Assembly (NCBI GenBank): GCA_951406725.2
Contig: OX597833.1
Span: 2,294,001 to 2,358,000, forward strand
Reading direction: 5' to 3'
Length of the DNA stretch: 64,000 bases
Source of the DNA: Octopus vulgaris
Taxonomy: Eukaryota
Both the position numbers and the translations under genes were made by a program. Below the pieces are notes generated by a model. It worked only from the letters and a program-made list of their open reading frames with translations. It ran no database searches and was not told where the DNA came from. Below are positions 1-14,705 of the stretch, piece by piece. Within the stretch, counting starts at the first letter, position 1; the number at the start of each line of letters is the position of its first letter.

Positions 1-520
1 TTTCGGGGTCGATAATTTAAGTACCAGTTACGCACTGGCGTCGATATAATCGACTTAATCCGTCTGTCTGTCCGTGTTAGTCTCCTCTGTGTTTAGACCC
101 TTGTGGGTAGTAAAGAAATAGGTATTTCGTCTCTCTTTACGTTCTGAGTTCAAATTCCACTGAGGTTAACATTGCCTTTCGGGGTTGATTAAATAAGTAG
201 CAGTTACGCACTGGGGTCTATGTAATCGACTTAATCCTTTTGTCTGCCCTTGTGTTTAGCCCCACCCCACCCCTAGCCAACAAAGGAAAAATATTTTTAT
301 ACTTCCAAGCCGGCGAGCTGGCAGAATCGTTAGCACACCGGGCAAAATGCTTAGCGGTATTTCGTCTGTCTTTACGTTCTGAACTCAAATTCCGCTGAGG
401 TCGACTTTGCCTTTCATCCTTTCGGGGTCGATAAATTAAGTACCAGCTGCGTACTGGGGTCGATCTAATCGACTGGCGCACTCCTCAAAAATTCCAGGCC
501 TTGTGCCTGGAGGAGAAAAC
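1..520 (+). mobile_element. Tandem cluster of Nin/Deu-domain tRNA-derived SINE copies (family A)
   Basis: Contains a B-box-like GAGTTCAAATTCC followed by GAGGTCGACTTTGCCTTTCATCCTTTCGGGGTCGATAAATTAAGTACCAG, which resembles the Nin (Deu-core) SINE domain. About three units head to tail, with many homologous copies elsewhere in the window. Confidence 0.85.
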
Positions 521-662
521 AATATTTTTATACTTCCATTTATGTACTCATGTGTTACATCCATATCTTTTAATTCTTGTGAAATAAATCTTATATATAC
601 TTATGCATTCATCTCTCTCTTACTCTCTCTTTCTCTTTCACTCTTTATTTATATATATGCGC

Positions 663-693
<31 letters not shown>

Positions 694-1019
694 GGTGGAT
701 GAGTGGGTGGGTGGATGGGTGCATATGAAAGTCTGCATATTCCTATACTTTTTACTTAGCATTTTAATTCGTGTATCACATTCTCAGCACGTATTTCAGC
801 AAGAACAGTTTCTCTTATTTGTCGACCGAAAACGTTATGTATAAGTGCGCCCGCGCGCGTGTGCTTGTTGTGTGTGTAAGTGTTCTGAACATTTTTATAG
901 AGAGAAAAGTTATTTCTTCTCTTTTCTTATTACAGAATCGTTAACACATCGGAGACTATGTCATTCATTACATTTTATTCCTCACATTCAGGCTCTGAGT
1001 TCGAATTTCTATGGCATTT

Positions 1020-2547
<1,528 letters not shown>

Positions 2548-2929
2548 ATATTATTATTATTATTATTATTATTGTTATTATTATGGTTATATACCAGTCA
2601 TATACAATTTTCTTTTAATGATATTATGAGTGTGGAATTGGAATCACCTGCTGCACTTTCTTGAACGGAGCTTCCGTAAAAGGAAGTGTTATAGGGACCA
2701 ATGACCTGAAGTCAGAGAGGTATTCTCAAACTGGAAACCTGTTTTGAGTTCTTGCAACAGAATGATCTCTACTACAATTACAAAAGATCAAGCTGTCGAT
2801 GTTAACTCTGTGTTTAATGGGTAACACAAAGAAGCTATTCAGGATGTATTTTTTGTGATGGCGGCAACTGGAGCCTGGTTCGAATCTTTAATTAAACGGC
2901 ATTTTTAGATGTTGCAATAACCTTTTTTT

Positions 2930-3165
2930 TTTCTTTTATTTGTTTCACTGCTTAGATCGTGACCATGTTGGGGCACCGCCTTGAAGAATGTTTAGTCGAA
3001 TGAATCGACCCTTGTACTTATATTTCACGCCTGTTACTTATGCCGTCAGTCCTTTTTTACTGAGCCCTTAAGTTACGGTGACGTTAATAAACCAACACCG
3101 GTCGTCAACACGAGTACCCTCCGGTAATTCTCGGTTAAGTTAAGCGTGACACTATGTCGAAGCTT

Positions 3166-3239
<74 letters not shown>

Positions 3240-3420
3240 GGGTACAATCCATCTGATAGGTTTCTATGCGCGCCTCGTCAACTCAGATTTATTCTCAACG
3301 CTTACGTCTGATCGACGTAATCGTAAATGAGATTTGCACGCGATAGCAAACAGTGGAATCGAACACGCGACAGTTCTGTTGGAATGAGGACGTCTTAGCA
3401 ACCTAGCCATTCCTATGTCT
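2930..3420 (-). mobile_element. Old CORE-like tRNA SINE (family B) split by an internal (TA)n tract
   Basis: 3' half at 2930-3110 and decayed head at 3250-3420 align by eye to the intact copies at 9259 and 15759. Confidence 0.6.
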
Positions 3421-4265
3421 AAACTAAAATTGAACTATAATAACTGTCTTGGTACACCATAAATAGTTTGGCAGCCGTCACTTAGCGCCATCTTGCTTGT
3501 AATGAGCATTAGTGCAATGGGTTTACAGAAATAGAAAGAATATAAGATAAGGAGATATAAGAGAGAAAGAGAGAGAAAGAGAGGGGGCGAGAGGGAGGAA
3601 CATGAGTGCGATCACACAGTCAGACAGAGGCAGAGACGAAGAGACAGAGAGATAGAGACTAACAGACAGACAACTAGACAGATAGAAGAGGTTAGTGGCT
3701 GGAAGGTATGGGTATGTTTGAGGAAGTTCGTGGAACTTAAGAGCTCTACATATAGAATGGAAAGCATTAATAACTCCCCCAGGGTCTTCTGGCTATTGTC
3801 TCTTTTGGGGAAACATAATGGCTTTTCACAGACACACACACACACACACACACACACATTCACGTGCTCGGACATACAAAGAGACACACACATATGTACA
3901 TGTGTACGTATTCGACATGCGTATATGCAGTTATATAGACGTACTCTAGGCAAATACATATATGTGCATATACAGGTATGCGCAATTATGCATGCAGTCG
4001 TACACATACGTATACATCCGTGCACGCATACGGACATACCTAGTGATATATAGTTATCTATATTCATTTTATAATATCAGCATAAACGAGTGCTGATATA
4101 AATCTATATATGTATATATATGTACACACACATACACACACAAACACACACATATATATATACATTTTACGTATTTATATTTCTACATATATGAACATAT
4201 ACACATATATGTATATATATATATGCATGTGTATGTATATGTATATATATATATGAATTTATATG

Positions 4266-4296
<31 letters not shown>

Positions 4297-4309
4297 GTAT
4301 ATTTATATA

Positions 4310-4349
<40 letters not shown>

Positions 4350-4353
4350 TACC

Positions 4354-4417
<64 letters not shown>

Positions 4418-4496
4418 TAGTTCATATATATATATATATATATGTGTATAAAATACACACATTAAGGTTTATATTATAATATGTATTTTGTGTGTG

Positions 4497-4547
<51 letters not shown>

Positions 4548-4550
4548 GAT

Positions 4551-4665
<115 letters not shown>

Positions 4666-4816
4666 TAGATAGATAGATAGATAGATACATTAAGGTTTAT
4701 ATTATAATATGTATTTGGTATACACTAATTTTTGTGTGCTTCTATTGCATTTATGCGAACCTTCATATTCTTACATCGACTGAAAATAAACGTGTGTTGT
4801 GTGTCTTTGTGTGTAT

Positions 4817-4936
4817 AGGCGCGTTGCTTAGTGGTTAGGATGTTGCAGTCATGGTCGTAACATTGTGGTTTTGACTCCTGAACTGGGTGATGCGATGCGT
4901 TCTTCGGTAAAATACTTCATTTCATGTTGTTTCAGA
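4817..4936 (+). mobile_element. Decayed tRNA-derived SINE head (family C/D)
   Basis: AGGCGCGTTGCTTAGTGGTTAGG A-box-like start, followed by ...ATACTTCATTTCATGTTG resembling the family C/D body. Confidence 0.55.
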
Positions 4937-5519
4937 CCTAGACATCATGAATTACCCACACTGTCGTCCTGTTCAGTGCGTAGATATATATATATATAGT
5001 AATAGATGTATGATAGATGTATATATATGCAAGTGTGTGAAATAGATAGATAATAATAAAAAATAATAATATATATATATATATATATATAGGAGGTATA
5101 GAGAGATAGATATATAGATACAACATGATATATTTGATGTATATATATATATATATATATATACATATATTATATTTATATATTGATACGCACAAATATA
5201 TGTATGTACGGTGTGTGCATATATATATACATATATAATACATAAATATATATATATATACATATACATATACATATACATATATATATATACTCATATG
5301 GACACAGCCTGGTACATCACTTAATTACAGATCCGAGATATTCCCTATTTGCCGCCACCAGAAACAATTTCATTTTTTGATAGTTTGTGAGTATTACTGT
5401 GACAATACAACGCTTCAATCATTCACCATTCACCATTCTCTACCTCCACGAATGAATGTGTAGCTATAGAAATGCCTAAAACACTGTTCTGATAGAGAAA
5501 TTGGATCACCAACTGAAAT

Positions 5520-5760
5520 GCGTACTGAGTGTGACAAGATTGACCCTTTAAAATGCAGGTACAACAGAAACAGGAAGAAAGAGTGAGAGAAAGTTGAGGT
5601 GAAAGAGTACAGCAGGTTTCACCACCACCCTCTGCCGGAACCTCATGGAGCATTGGTATTTCTCGCTCAATAAACACTTACAACGCCCGGACTGCGAATC
5701 GAAACCGCGGTCCTACGATCGTGAGTCCGTTGCCCTAACCACTGGACCATTGCGCTTCCA
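5520..5760 (-). mobile_element. Partial tRNA SINE (family D, head variant 2)
   Basis: Near-identical to 53100-53348 (CAGGTACAACAGAAACAGGAAG..CCCTAACCACTGG..CATTGCGC). Confidence 0.8.
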
Positions 5761-5922
5761 CTGCGTGCAAATATATATTGACATCAATGATTACACACAC
5801 ACACACACACACACACAGACATATATATATACATAAATATGTATGTATATACATGTATATATATCGGTGCCCCAGCATGGCCACAGCTCATGAGCTGAAA
5901 CTAGATAAAATAAAATAAAATA

Positions 5923-5957
<35 letters not shown>

Positions 5958-6211
5958 AAGAGAGAGACAGACAGACAGAGCAACAGATATATATACATAC
6001 ACACATACATGTACATATATTTATTCATGTATATATATATATATATATATATACATATATTATATTTATATATTGATACGCACAAATATATGTATGTACG
6101 TGTGTGTGCATATATATATACATATATAAATACATAAATATATATATATATACATATACATATACATATACATATATATATATATATATATACATATATA
6201 ACCTTATATAT

Positions 6212-6275
<64 letters not shown>

Positions 6276-6703
6276 TATGTATACATGCATACATATATAT
6301 ATATATTATATTTATATATTGATAGTACAAATATATATATATATATATGTATATATGGGCACTTGTATATGTGTGTGCACATACACATGTATCGAGATAC
6401 ATCAAAATATTTTATTATAATTATTTGTCTTAGTTTCTAATAATTAATCTTTTATGTAATTAGAATGTTTGCTGTTATATTGTAGCGAGACAATTCTCAG
6501 CTGCACGATATCCAAATTGAATTCCGCATATCTTATCTTAACATATGATATAAAATATGTATGACACACATACACGCTTACGATTAGACGATTCTGTACA
6601 TATGTACGTCTGCGCATGGATGTGTGCTTACGGTAGTAATCGTTTACCTTTGCTCAACGACACGAACACAAAACGTGCGTGTGTATGTATGTATGTATGT
6701 ATG

Positions 6704-6785
<82 letters not shown>

Positions 6786-6951
6786 CATATATATATATAT
6801 ATGTGTATATATGTATATATTCATGTATTTACGCTTTATTGTCTCTCTTCAACAAAGTCTCAAGCAATATTTGTAAGTTTCAATGAGGCTGCAATACAAT
6901 TCAAACTTGCAGTGTAACTTTCTTATCTGCTTACCCGTCTCTTCGTGTACG

Positions 6952-7008
<57 letters not shown>

Positions 7009-7061
7009 TACATATATATATAATATACTTACATGTATTTTTTGTGTGTTTATATACATAT

Positions 7062-7105
<44 letters not shown>

Positions 7106-7106
7106 G

Positions 7107-7178
<72 letters not shown>

Positions 7179-7234
7179 TAAGAGAGAGAGAGAGAGAGAT
7201 ACATGCATACAAATATACTTACATGTATATATAT

Positions 7235-7267
<33 letters not shown>

Positions 7268-8061
7268 AACATATATATGTATACATATATTTACATACAT
7301 ACATGCGTACAAGTACACATACATGTATATATACACACATATAAATATTCATATATATATATATATACATTTAAACACACATTGTTGCATGTATGTATAA
7401 ATATACACATGTGTGTGTGTATGTGTGTGTGTGTACACATGTGTATATGGAGAGAGGAGCGGAGATAGATGTACATGTTGTTCATATATTATACAGAGGC
7501 ATGTGTTCATATATCGATATATTTATAATGATACATATGTATTGCGATGCATATATGCACAGACACATGCACACACATTTATATAACCACATATATACAT
7601 ATAGACATTCATAAATGCATATCAGCAGTCTTTGTTCTCCAACAATGGCCATATTATAGGCAATAGAAGGAAACTGCGGAACCTATTTCGACATGTAAGG
7701 TTTAATAATAATACTTATTAAGGGTGAAAGCAGATAACATTATATTTATAGAAAAGAATTCATGTATCTGTGGTCCGGGGGTAAGTGCGTATCCGTTTCA
7801 GAGCTGTATCATTCAGCAAATACTTTCAGAAGTTGTTAGGCTACCTGCTGTGAACGCGGTTGTTTGTTAATAAGAATTTACTCAGTGACAATTGGTAATC
7901 CTTCTGCCATTCATTTATCGTATGTAGGTGAGGCTAACGACCCTAAGCACACACACACACATACACATACACATACACACTCTCTCCCTCCCCCTCTCTC
8001 TCTCTCTCTCACACTCACTCACACACACAGACGGACATGCACATATGTGCACAAATAGGCA

Positions 8062-8120
<59 letters not shown>

Positions 8121-8159
8121 CCAAATAACTGAAACATCTAAAAAATAAAAGAATGTATA

Positions 8160-8195
<36 letters not shown>

Positions 8196-8321
8196 TATAT
8201 GTGTGTATGTATGCACACACACATATGTATGCACATACAAGCGTAAATAGATACATACATACATACATACATACATAAATACATACATACATATATACAT
8301 ACATACATACATATATATACA

Positions 8322-8355
<34 letters not shown>

Positions 8356-8565
8356 CATACATATATACATACATACATACATACATACATACATACATAC
8401 ATACATAAATACATACATACATAAATACATACATACATATATACATACATACATACATACATACATACATAAATACATACATACATACATACATACACAC
8501 ATACATACATACATACATACATACATACATACATACATACATACATACATACATACATACATACA
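8160..8565. repeat. (TATG)n/(CATA)n microsatellite arrays
   Basis: Direct observation. Confidence 0.95.
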
Positions 8566-9258
8566 TGCGTGCATTCATGATTCTTACTCGAAAATCCGAC
8601 ATTCCTGAAATAATAGCGCAGTCTAAGATTATATGCTTCAACTTCTAAGTCCCACCACGACTTCCTCTATCGAGAATGGTTCCACCAAACACCTACTGCA
8701 TCTGGTAAGTAAGATCTGCAAAACATTATCAGCACATAGAAAATATACTAGTCCTCTTCAAAAAAAATACACATCTTTATAAGAAAAATATCAAAACCAT
8801 CAATACAGTGTCTGCAGATAATTGAAAAATGGTGGGGGTGGATTGAGCAGTAGATGATGGTGGGTAGAGTACGCAGCCCCAGAATGAATGGCGTGTTCTA
8901 CTGCGCCCTACGCTCATGATTGCGAAGGCATTGCTGCAGAGAATGTCCAATGGTACTGACTGTAACAGGCACCTCACCGCTTGCGGTTCAGTTGCGTGTT
9001 GGGCCTCAGTAATCCCTATTTTGCGGAAGAAATCTTAGTGCCGGGTCTGAAAACTGCTAAGGTCCCGATAGTGACCAACACAAACTGATAACAGCCAGTC
9101 AGGTTCCTATATTTATTGTGTTACAATCTTTATGCGCAATATTTGACCGCATGCCTATCCAAAATATAGATCCATACATGATAAGAACTGCTGTTTCCTT
9201 GTGTTTACGTATGAAATATATTTACCCTCACATAACCGTTCCATTTAATATTCATAAT

Positions 9259-9424
9259 AGGCGCAGGAGTGGCTGTGTGGTAAGTAGCTTGCTAAACAAC
9301 CACATGGTTCCGGGTTCAGTCCCACTGCGTGGCATCTTGGGCAAGTGTCTTCTGCTATAGCCGCGGGCCAACCAATGCCTTGTGAGTGGATTTGGTAGAC
9401 GGAAACTGAAAGAAGCCTGTCGTA

Positions 9425-9479
<55 letters not shown>

Positions 9480-9696
9480 ATTTGTATGTCTGTGTTTGTC
9501 CCCCTAGCATTGCTTGACAACCGATGCTGGTGTGTTTACATCCCCGTCATTTAGCGGTTCGGCAAAAGAGACCGATAGAATAAGTACTGGGCTTACAAAG
9601 AATAAGTCCTGGGGTCAAGATGCTCGACTAAAGGCGGTGCTCCAGCATGGCCGCAGTCAAATGACTGAAACAAGTAAAAGAGTAAAAGAGAGAGAG
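9259..9696 (+). mobile_element. Full-length tRNA-derived CORE-like SINE (family B, octopus OR-type) with internal (TA)n
   Basis: A box TGGCTGTGTGGTAAG, B box GGTTCAGTCCC and CORE-like CTTGGGCAAGTGTCTT, then an internal microsatellite and a 3' hairpin CAGTCAAATGACTG with (GTAAAAGA)n tail. About 10 copies in the window. Confidence 0.88.
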
Positions 9697-9699
9697 TGG

Positions 9700-9900
9700 A
9701 GCTTCTGTTAGTGAAATCGCTCTAGTTTTTTTGACGCCGCTTCGGTAAAGAGTCCATGTTTCACAACCGTAGAGGAGAGTGGAGATCACGTCTGCTTGGT
9801 AGACACTCAATTTTGTTTTGTGATAAAAGGATCAGCTGATGCAAGGCATAAAACTGCCTGGAATCGATCCCAAAGCCTGGGACATTGAACCTCTGGACAG
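9700..9900 (-). mobile_element. RTE-clade LINE RT C-terminal fragment (decayed)
   Basis: Translates to VYQADVISTLLYGCETWTLYRSGVKK, matching the RTE motif VY.A.V.S.LLYGCETWTLY. Confidence 0.8.
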
Positions 9901-10254
9901 CTCCGGCTGGCATCATTCCATCTCCACTGTGACAGATCATTTTGAAGCTGAAAGACCGAAGAAAGAGGTAGAGAAACAACAATGAAATTGAAGGTTGCAA
10001 TGCTCATCGTCGAAATTGACGGAGACCTTATTATTTATTTTCCTTTTCTAACAATGCGATATGATCTTAAGAAAGTGTTGTCTGTATGTCTCCGTGCTGC
10101 CATATTTCTTTTGATTATCCCTTTCTGATTAATTAAATTAGAGGAGCGATTGATATAATATTATCGATCTGACACTCGAGGCAATACTCATAACGCCATT
10201 TGCAGGACTCCTTGTCACACGATAAGCCACTCAGCACCCATCAACACCCTCTGC

Positions 10255-10425
10255 GCCAGCCCTGTCACACCCTGTGTCACGCTGAATCTACCTGAGAACT
10301 ACGTTAAGAGTACGCGTTTCTCTCGAGTGCTCAAGTACTTTCACGTCAGTTTCATGAGCAGGCTCTTTCGTTAGTCGGACCAACCGGAACCCTCGCCGTC
10401 GCTCCCGACAGAGTACCTGTGCCAC
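10255..10425 (+). mobile_element. 3' part of SINE family D
   Basis: CTGTGTCACGCTGAAT..GAGAACTACGTTAAG..CAACCGGAACCCTCG matches the reverse complement of 52972-53130. Confidence 0.75.
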
Positions 10426-11168
10426 AATAGAAGAAATCTGTCCAAGCATCGTAGCTTTCTCATGATCGATATCTTAACTAACAGTGGCTGTGACATAAGT
10501 ATGTACTACTTTGGTAATATTCCTTGTGTATAATGATACATCTGTTTGTCCCCTAAATACAAAATAAAGAAGGTGTAAATGACTTATAGAGAGGGAAAAT
10601 CACCTAAGCGCAAAAAAAAGCGAGTAATCGACAGCGGGAGAGGGGCGAATAGTAGGCTGATATATATTTACAGCCGAGCTCAATGACGCAACGTCAAACC
10701 GTGTGCCTTGCCCAAGGTCACAATGCTTCCCCGGGTCCAAGAATTGAAAGCACGATCTTATGGAAGTCAGTCCAAAAGCCTAACCGCAAAACCACGTGGC
10801 CTCACATAGCGACCCTCCTTTAACCACGCCGAATGGAAAGGGGAGAAAAACATAGAGTTGAAACGTAAAACTGTCATCTCAAATGAACATTAATAGTCTT
10901 CGTGGACTTGTCTCCATCCACCAAGAAACAATTATAACGAGAGTAAAATTTGTTCGACACATTATCAGCTTAATAAGCGATGCACAAGAGATGAAAATAG
11001 AGTCAGTGCCCTTTAAAATGGCGACATGGATAGATATAAGCATGTCTCTATTCATGTTCTTTATCTGCCCCCACTTCCCTACACCCTCTCTCCTCTCACT
11101 TCCTCTCTCACTTAGTGTGCATATATTGTGTGTGTATGTATATATATATATGTGTATGTGTGTGTATG

Positions 11169-11263
<95 letters not shown>

Positions 11264-11545
11264 TTATGTTAGTATACATAGGTTGATACATGCATACATA
11301 GAGATAAGTGGGATATTTAAATATGTGTATATATACTGTGTATAAATCATATTAACTTTATGAGTATTACAAAATCATTTTTTTAATGTAAAAATATAAT
11401 AGTAAAAAAACGTGAACACCAAACCATGTTTTAACTTTATTCAACCGATATATATATATACATGATTTTGTGTGTATGACTGTCACACTGTGAGCATATA
11501 TGTATAAGTATACACGTTTGTCCGTATATATATATATACATATAT

Positions 11546-11663
<118 letters not shown>

Positions 11664-11885
11664 ATGTGTTATCCTTATGTTTCCGAATCCGAGAACCAAC
11701 ATTCAGTTCTGTAAAATTTCCTGTTTGACAAATGGCAACAGGAAGCAACTTCAAAGAATCGGCTTTGAAGCTTTGGAATCTGCAAATTAAAAAACAAAGT
11801 ACGTGTGTAGAAATATAATACTATACATATGTCTCTGCGAGTATTTGTGACTCTGCGCACGCGCGCGCGTGTGTGTATGTGTATG

Positions 11886-11936
<51 letters not shown>

Positions 11937-12176
11937 ACATGCGTATATACACATTGACACTTACACACATGCGCAGTGTGTATGTATACGATAGTGAGCA
12001 TATGAGAGAGAGGTAGTAATAGAAAGCAATCGTATGCATACATACATTCATACATTCATTCATGTATGTATATATGTGTGTATACGATTGCTTTACTATT
12101 AGTGCATCCCTCTCATGCACACTATCAGATCTTTCCTCATTGTAAACATATGATTTCAGTATGCATATGTCTGTAG

Positions 12177-12270
<94 letters not shown>

Positions 12271-12367
12271 CCTTCAATCTATCTATCTTTCTATCTATCT
12301 ATTTGTCTATTATCTATTTATCTATCTACCTATATCTCTGTCTATTTATCTATCTATCCAACCATCC

Positions 12368-12503
<136 letters not shown>

Positions 12504-12739
12504 GTTTATGGTTTATGAATTTATAAATTTGCAAGTCTCCTGAAGTGAAACCGTGTGTTGAAACAGATCTTGTAGTATTTCGGGACGGTCATTTTTTTGC
12601 CAAATACACACACGCACTATATATTTGTTCTTTACTGGTTTATTACTGTTCGTATTGTAACTGATGTCCATTGCCCGGAAATCTTTCTTCGTAGATCTGC
12701 GACTTCTTCAGCGACACTTTTCCTATGAGTTCAAGATCC

Positions 12740-13250
12740 GTCTAGGCCGACCCCTATCCCCTTCGGGGTCGATAGACTGATTACCAATCAAGTATTAAGA
12801 ACGATATAACTGACTTAGCCGTCCGCCAATATTTCAGTCCGTGTAACAAAATTTGAAACTAATATTACTGGTAACCAAAGATGGTGAGCTGACATAATCA
12901 TTAGCTTGCCGGACAAAATACTTAACGGTATTTCGTCCGTCTCCACGTTCTGAGTTCAAATTTCGCCGAGGTCGACTTTGCCTTTCATCCTTTCGGTGTT
13001 GATTAAATAAGTACCAGTTACGCAATGGGGTCGATATAATCGACTTAATACCTATGTCTGTCCTTGTTTGTCCCCTCTATGTTTGGCTCCTTGTGGGTAA
13101 TAAAGAAATAGGTATTTCGTCCGTCTCCACGTTCTGAGTTCAAATTGCACTAAGGTCGACTTTGGCTTTCATTCTCTCGGGGGTCGATAAAATAACTACG
13201 AGTTGAGTACTGATGTAGATGTAGCCAATTTACCCCCACTCCTCCAAAGT
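12740..13250 (+). mobile_element. Nin-domain SINE (family A) dimer plus fragment
   Basis: Same motifs as 1-520, including the same tail-to-body junction TTGTGGGTA.TAAAGAAATAGGTATTTCGTC. Confidence 0.85.
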
Positions 13251-13340
13251 TTGAAGCGAATATTATTGATAATTATCAGGTTCGATTTTTAATCGATATC
13301 GTACCTGTCGATCCAGGCCTCGAAAGGCTCTGGCCGAATG

Positions 13341-14077
13341 TCAGAAAAAAGAAACTAACAAAACAAAAGAAAACACAAGAAAACCACCATAAGGGAAACG
13401 TGTCAACCACCTCAAGCAATTACGTGCGCCATTCCCACCACCACTACCACCGAAACCACCACCGCCACCACCGAAGCCACCACTGCCACTACCACTACCA
13501 CCACCACCACTACCACCGAAACCACCACCACCACTACCACCGAAACCACCACCGCCACTAACACTAGCACCACCACCACTACCACCGAAGCCACCACCGC
13601 CACTACCACTACCACCACCACCACTACCACCGACCACCACCGCCACTACCACTACCACCACCACCACTACCACCGAAGCCACCACCCACTACCACCACCA
13701 CCACTACCACCGAAGCCTCCACCGCCACTACCACTAGCACCACCACCACTACCACCGAAGCCACCACCGCCACTACCACTAGTACCACCACCACTACCAC
13801 CGAAGCCACCACCGCCACTACCACTACCACCACCACTACCACCGAAGCCACCACCAAAACCACCACTACCACCGAAGCCACCACCGCCACTACCACTACC
13901 ACCACCACTACCACCGAAGCCACCACCAAAACCACCACTACCACCGAAGCCACCACCGCCACTACCACTACCACCACCACTACCATCGAAACTACCACCA
14001 AAACCACCACCGCCACTACCACCACCACCACCGCCGGCCATTGTGGATTCAAGCTTGGATTGTACTCGACTGATCAT
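13341..14077 (-). CDS. Candidate Gly/Ser/Phe-rich low-complexity ORF (terminal exon?) with a hydrophobic GPI-signal-like tail and two frameshifts
   Basis: ORFs 13667-14077 and 13341-13685 both give (GGSGGGSGSGGGGF)n, ending GGGNGARNCLRWLTRFPYGGFLVFSFVLLVSFF*. Indels at ~13686 and ~13632 break the Gly frame. It could equally be a non-coding (GGT)-derived minisatellite. Confidence 0.3.
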
Positions 14078-14381
14078 CGGCGTGTGACAATCTCAATCGT
14101 CAGGCTTCCTACTAATTACCCGTGATGATCATCAGCACAACAAGCGGCAATTAATTAATCAATAAAATTTGACGAACCTTAACGAAGCAGCAACGGCAAC
14201 AACATCAACAACAACAACATCGAAGGGAATTGCTACTAACACCAATAAAAAAAAGCAAGAGACGAACGCCAACGGCCTCTGTCATCACCGTCGTCGTTGT
14301 CATCATCACCACCACCACCACTAACACCCACACACATCATCGTCATCACCATCACCACCACTACCACCCACATTTACCATC

Positions 14382-14384
<3 letters not shown>

Positions 14385-14423
<39 letters not shown>

Positions 14424-14705
14424 GTCAAGATTATCGTCATTATCATAATCACGATGACCACCACCACCACCAACACCATCATCATCATCATCATCGTCAA
14501 GATTATCATCATTATCATAATCACGATGACCGCCACCACCAACACCATCATCATCATCATCGTCAAGATTATCATCATTATCATAATCACGATGACCACC
14601 ACCACTACCAACACCATCATCATCACCATCGTCAAGATTATCATCATTATCATAATCACGATGACCGCCACCACCAACACCATCATCATCATCATCATCA
14701 TCATT
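14385..14705. repeat. Minisatellite of four ~63-72 bp units built from CAT/CAC triplets
   Basis: The unit (CAT)nCGTCAAGATTATC.TCATTATCATAATCACGATGACC.CCACCACCAACAC occurs four times. Confidence 0.92.

Noticed and set aside
8860-9100. GC-balanced island with a possible HDV-like ribozyme (GGCACCTCACCGCTTGCGG) as found in RTE 5' UTRs
   Set aside because: P1 and P3 can be drawn only with wobble pairs, and I could not find convincing P1.1, P4 or J4/2 elements.
14385-14705. Regularly spaced repeats considered as a CRISPR-like array
   Set aside because: The intervening parts are CAT/CAC triplet runs, not unique spacers. The context is eukaryotic with no cas genes.
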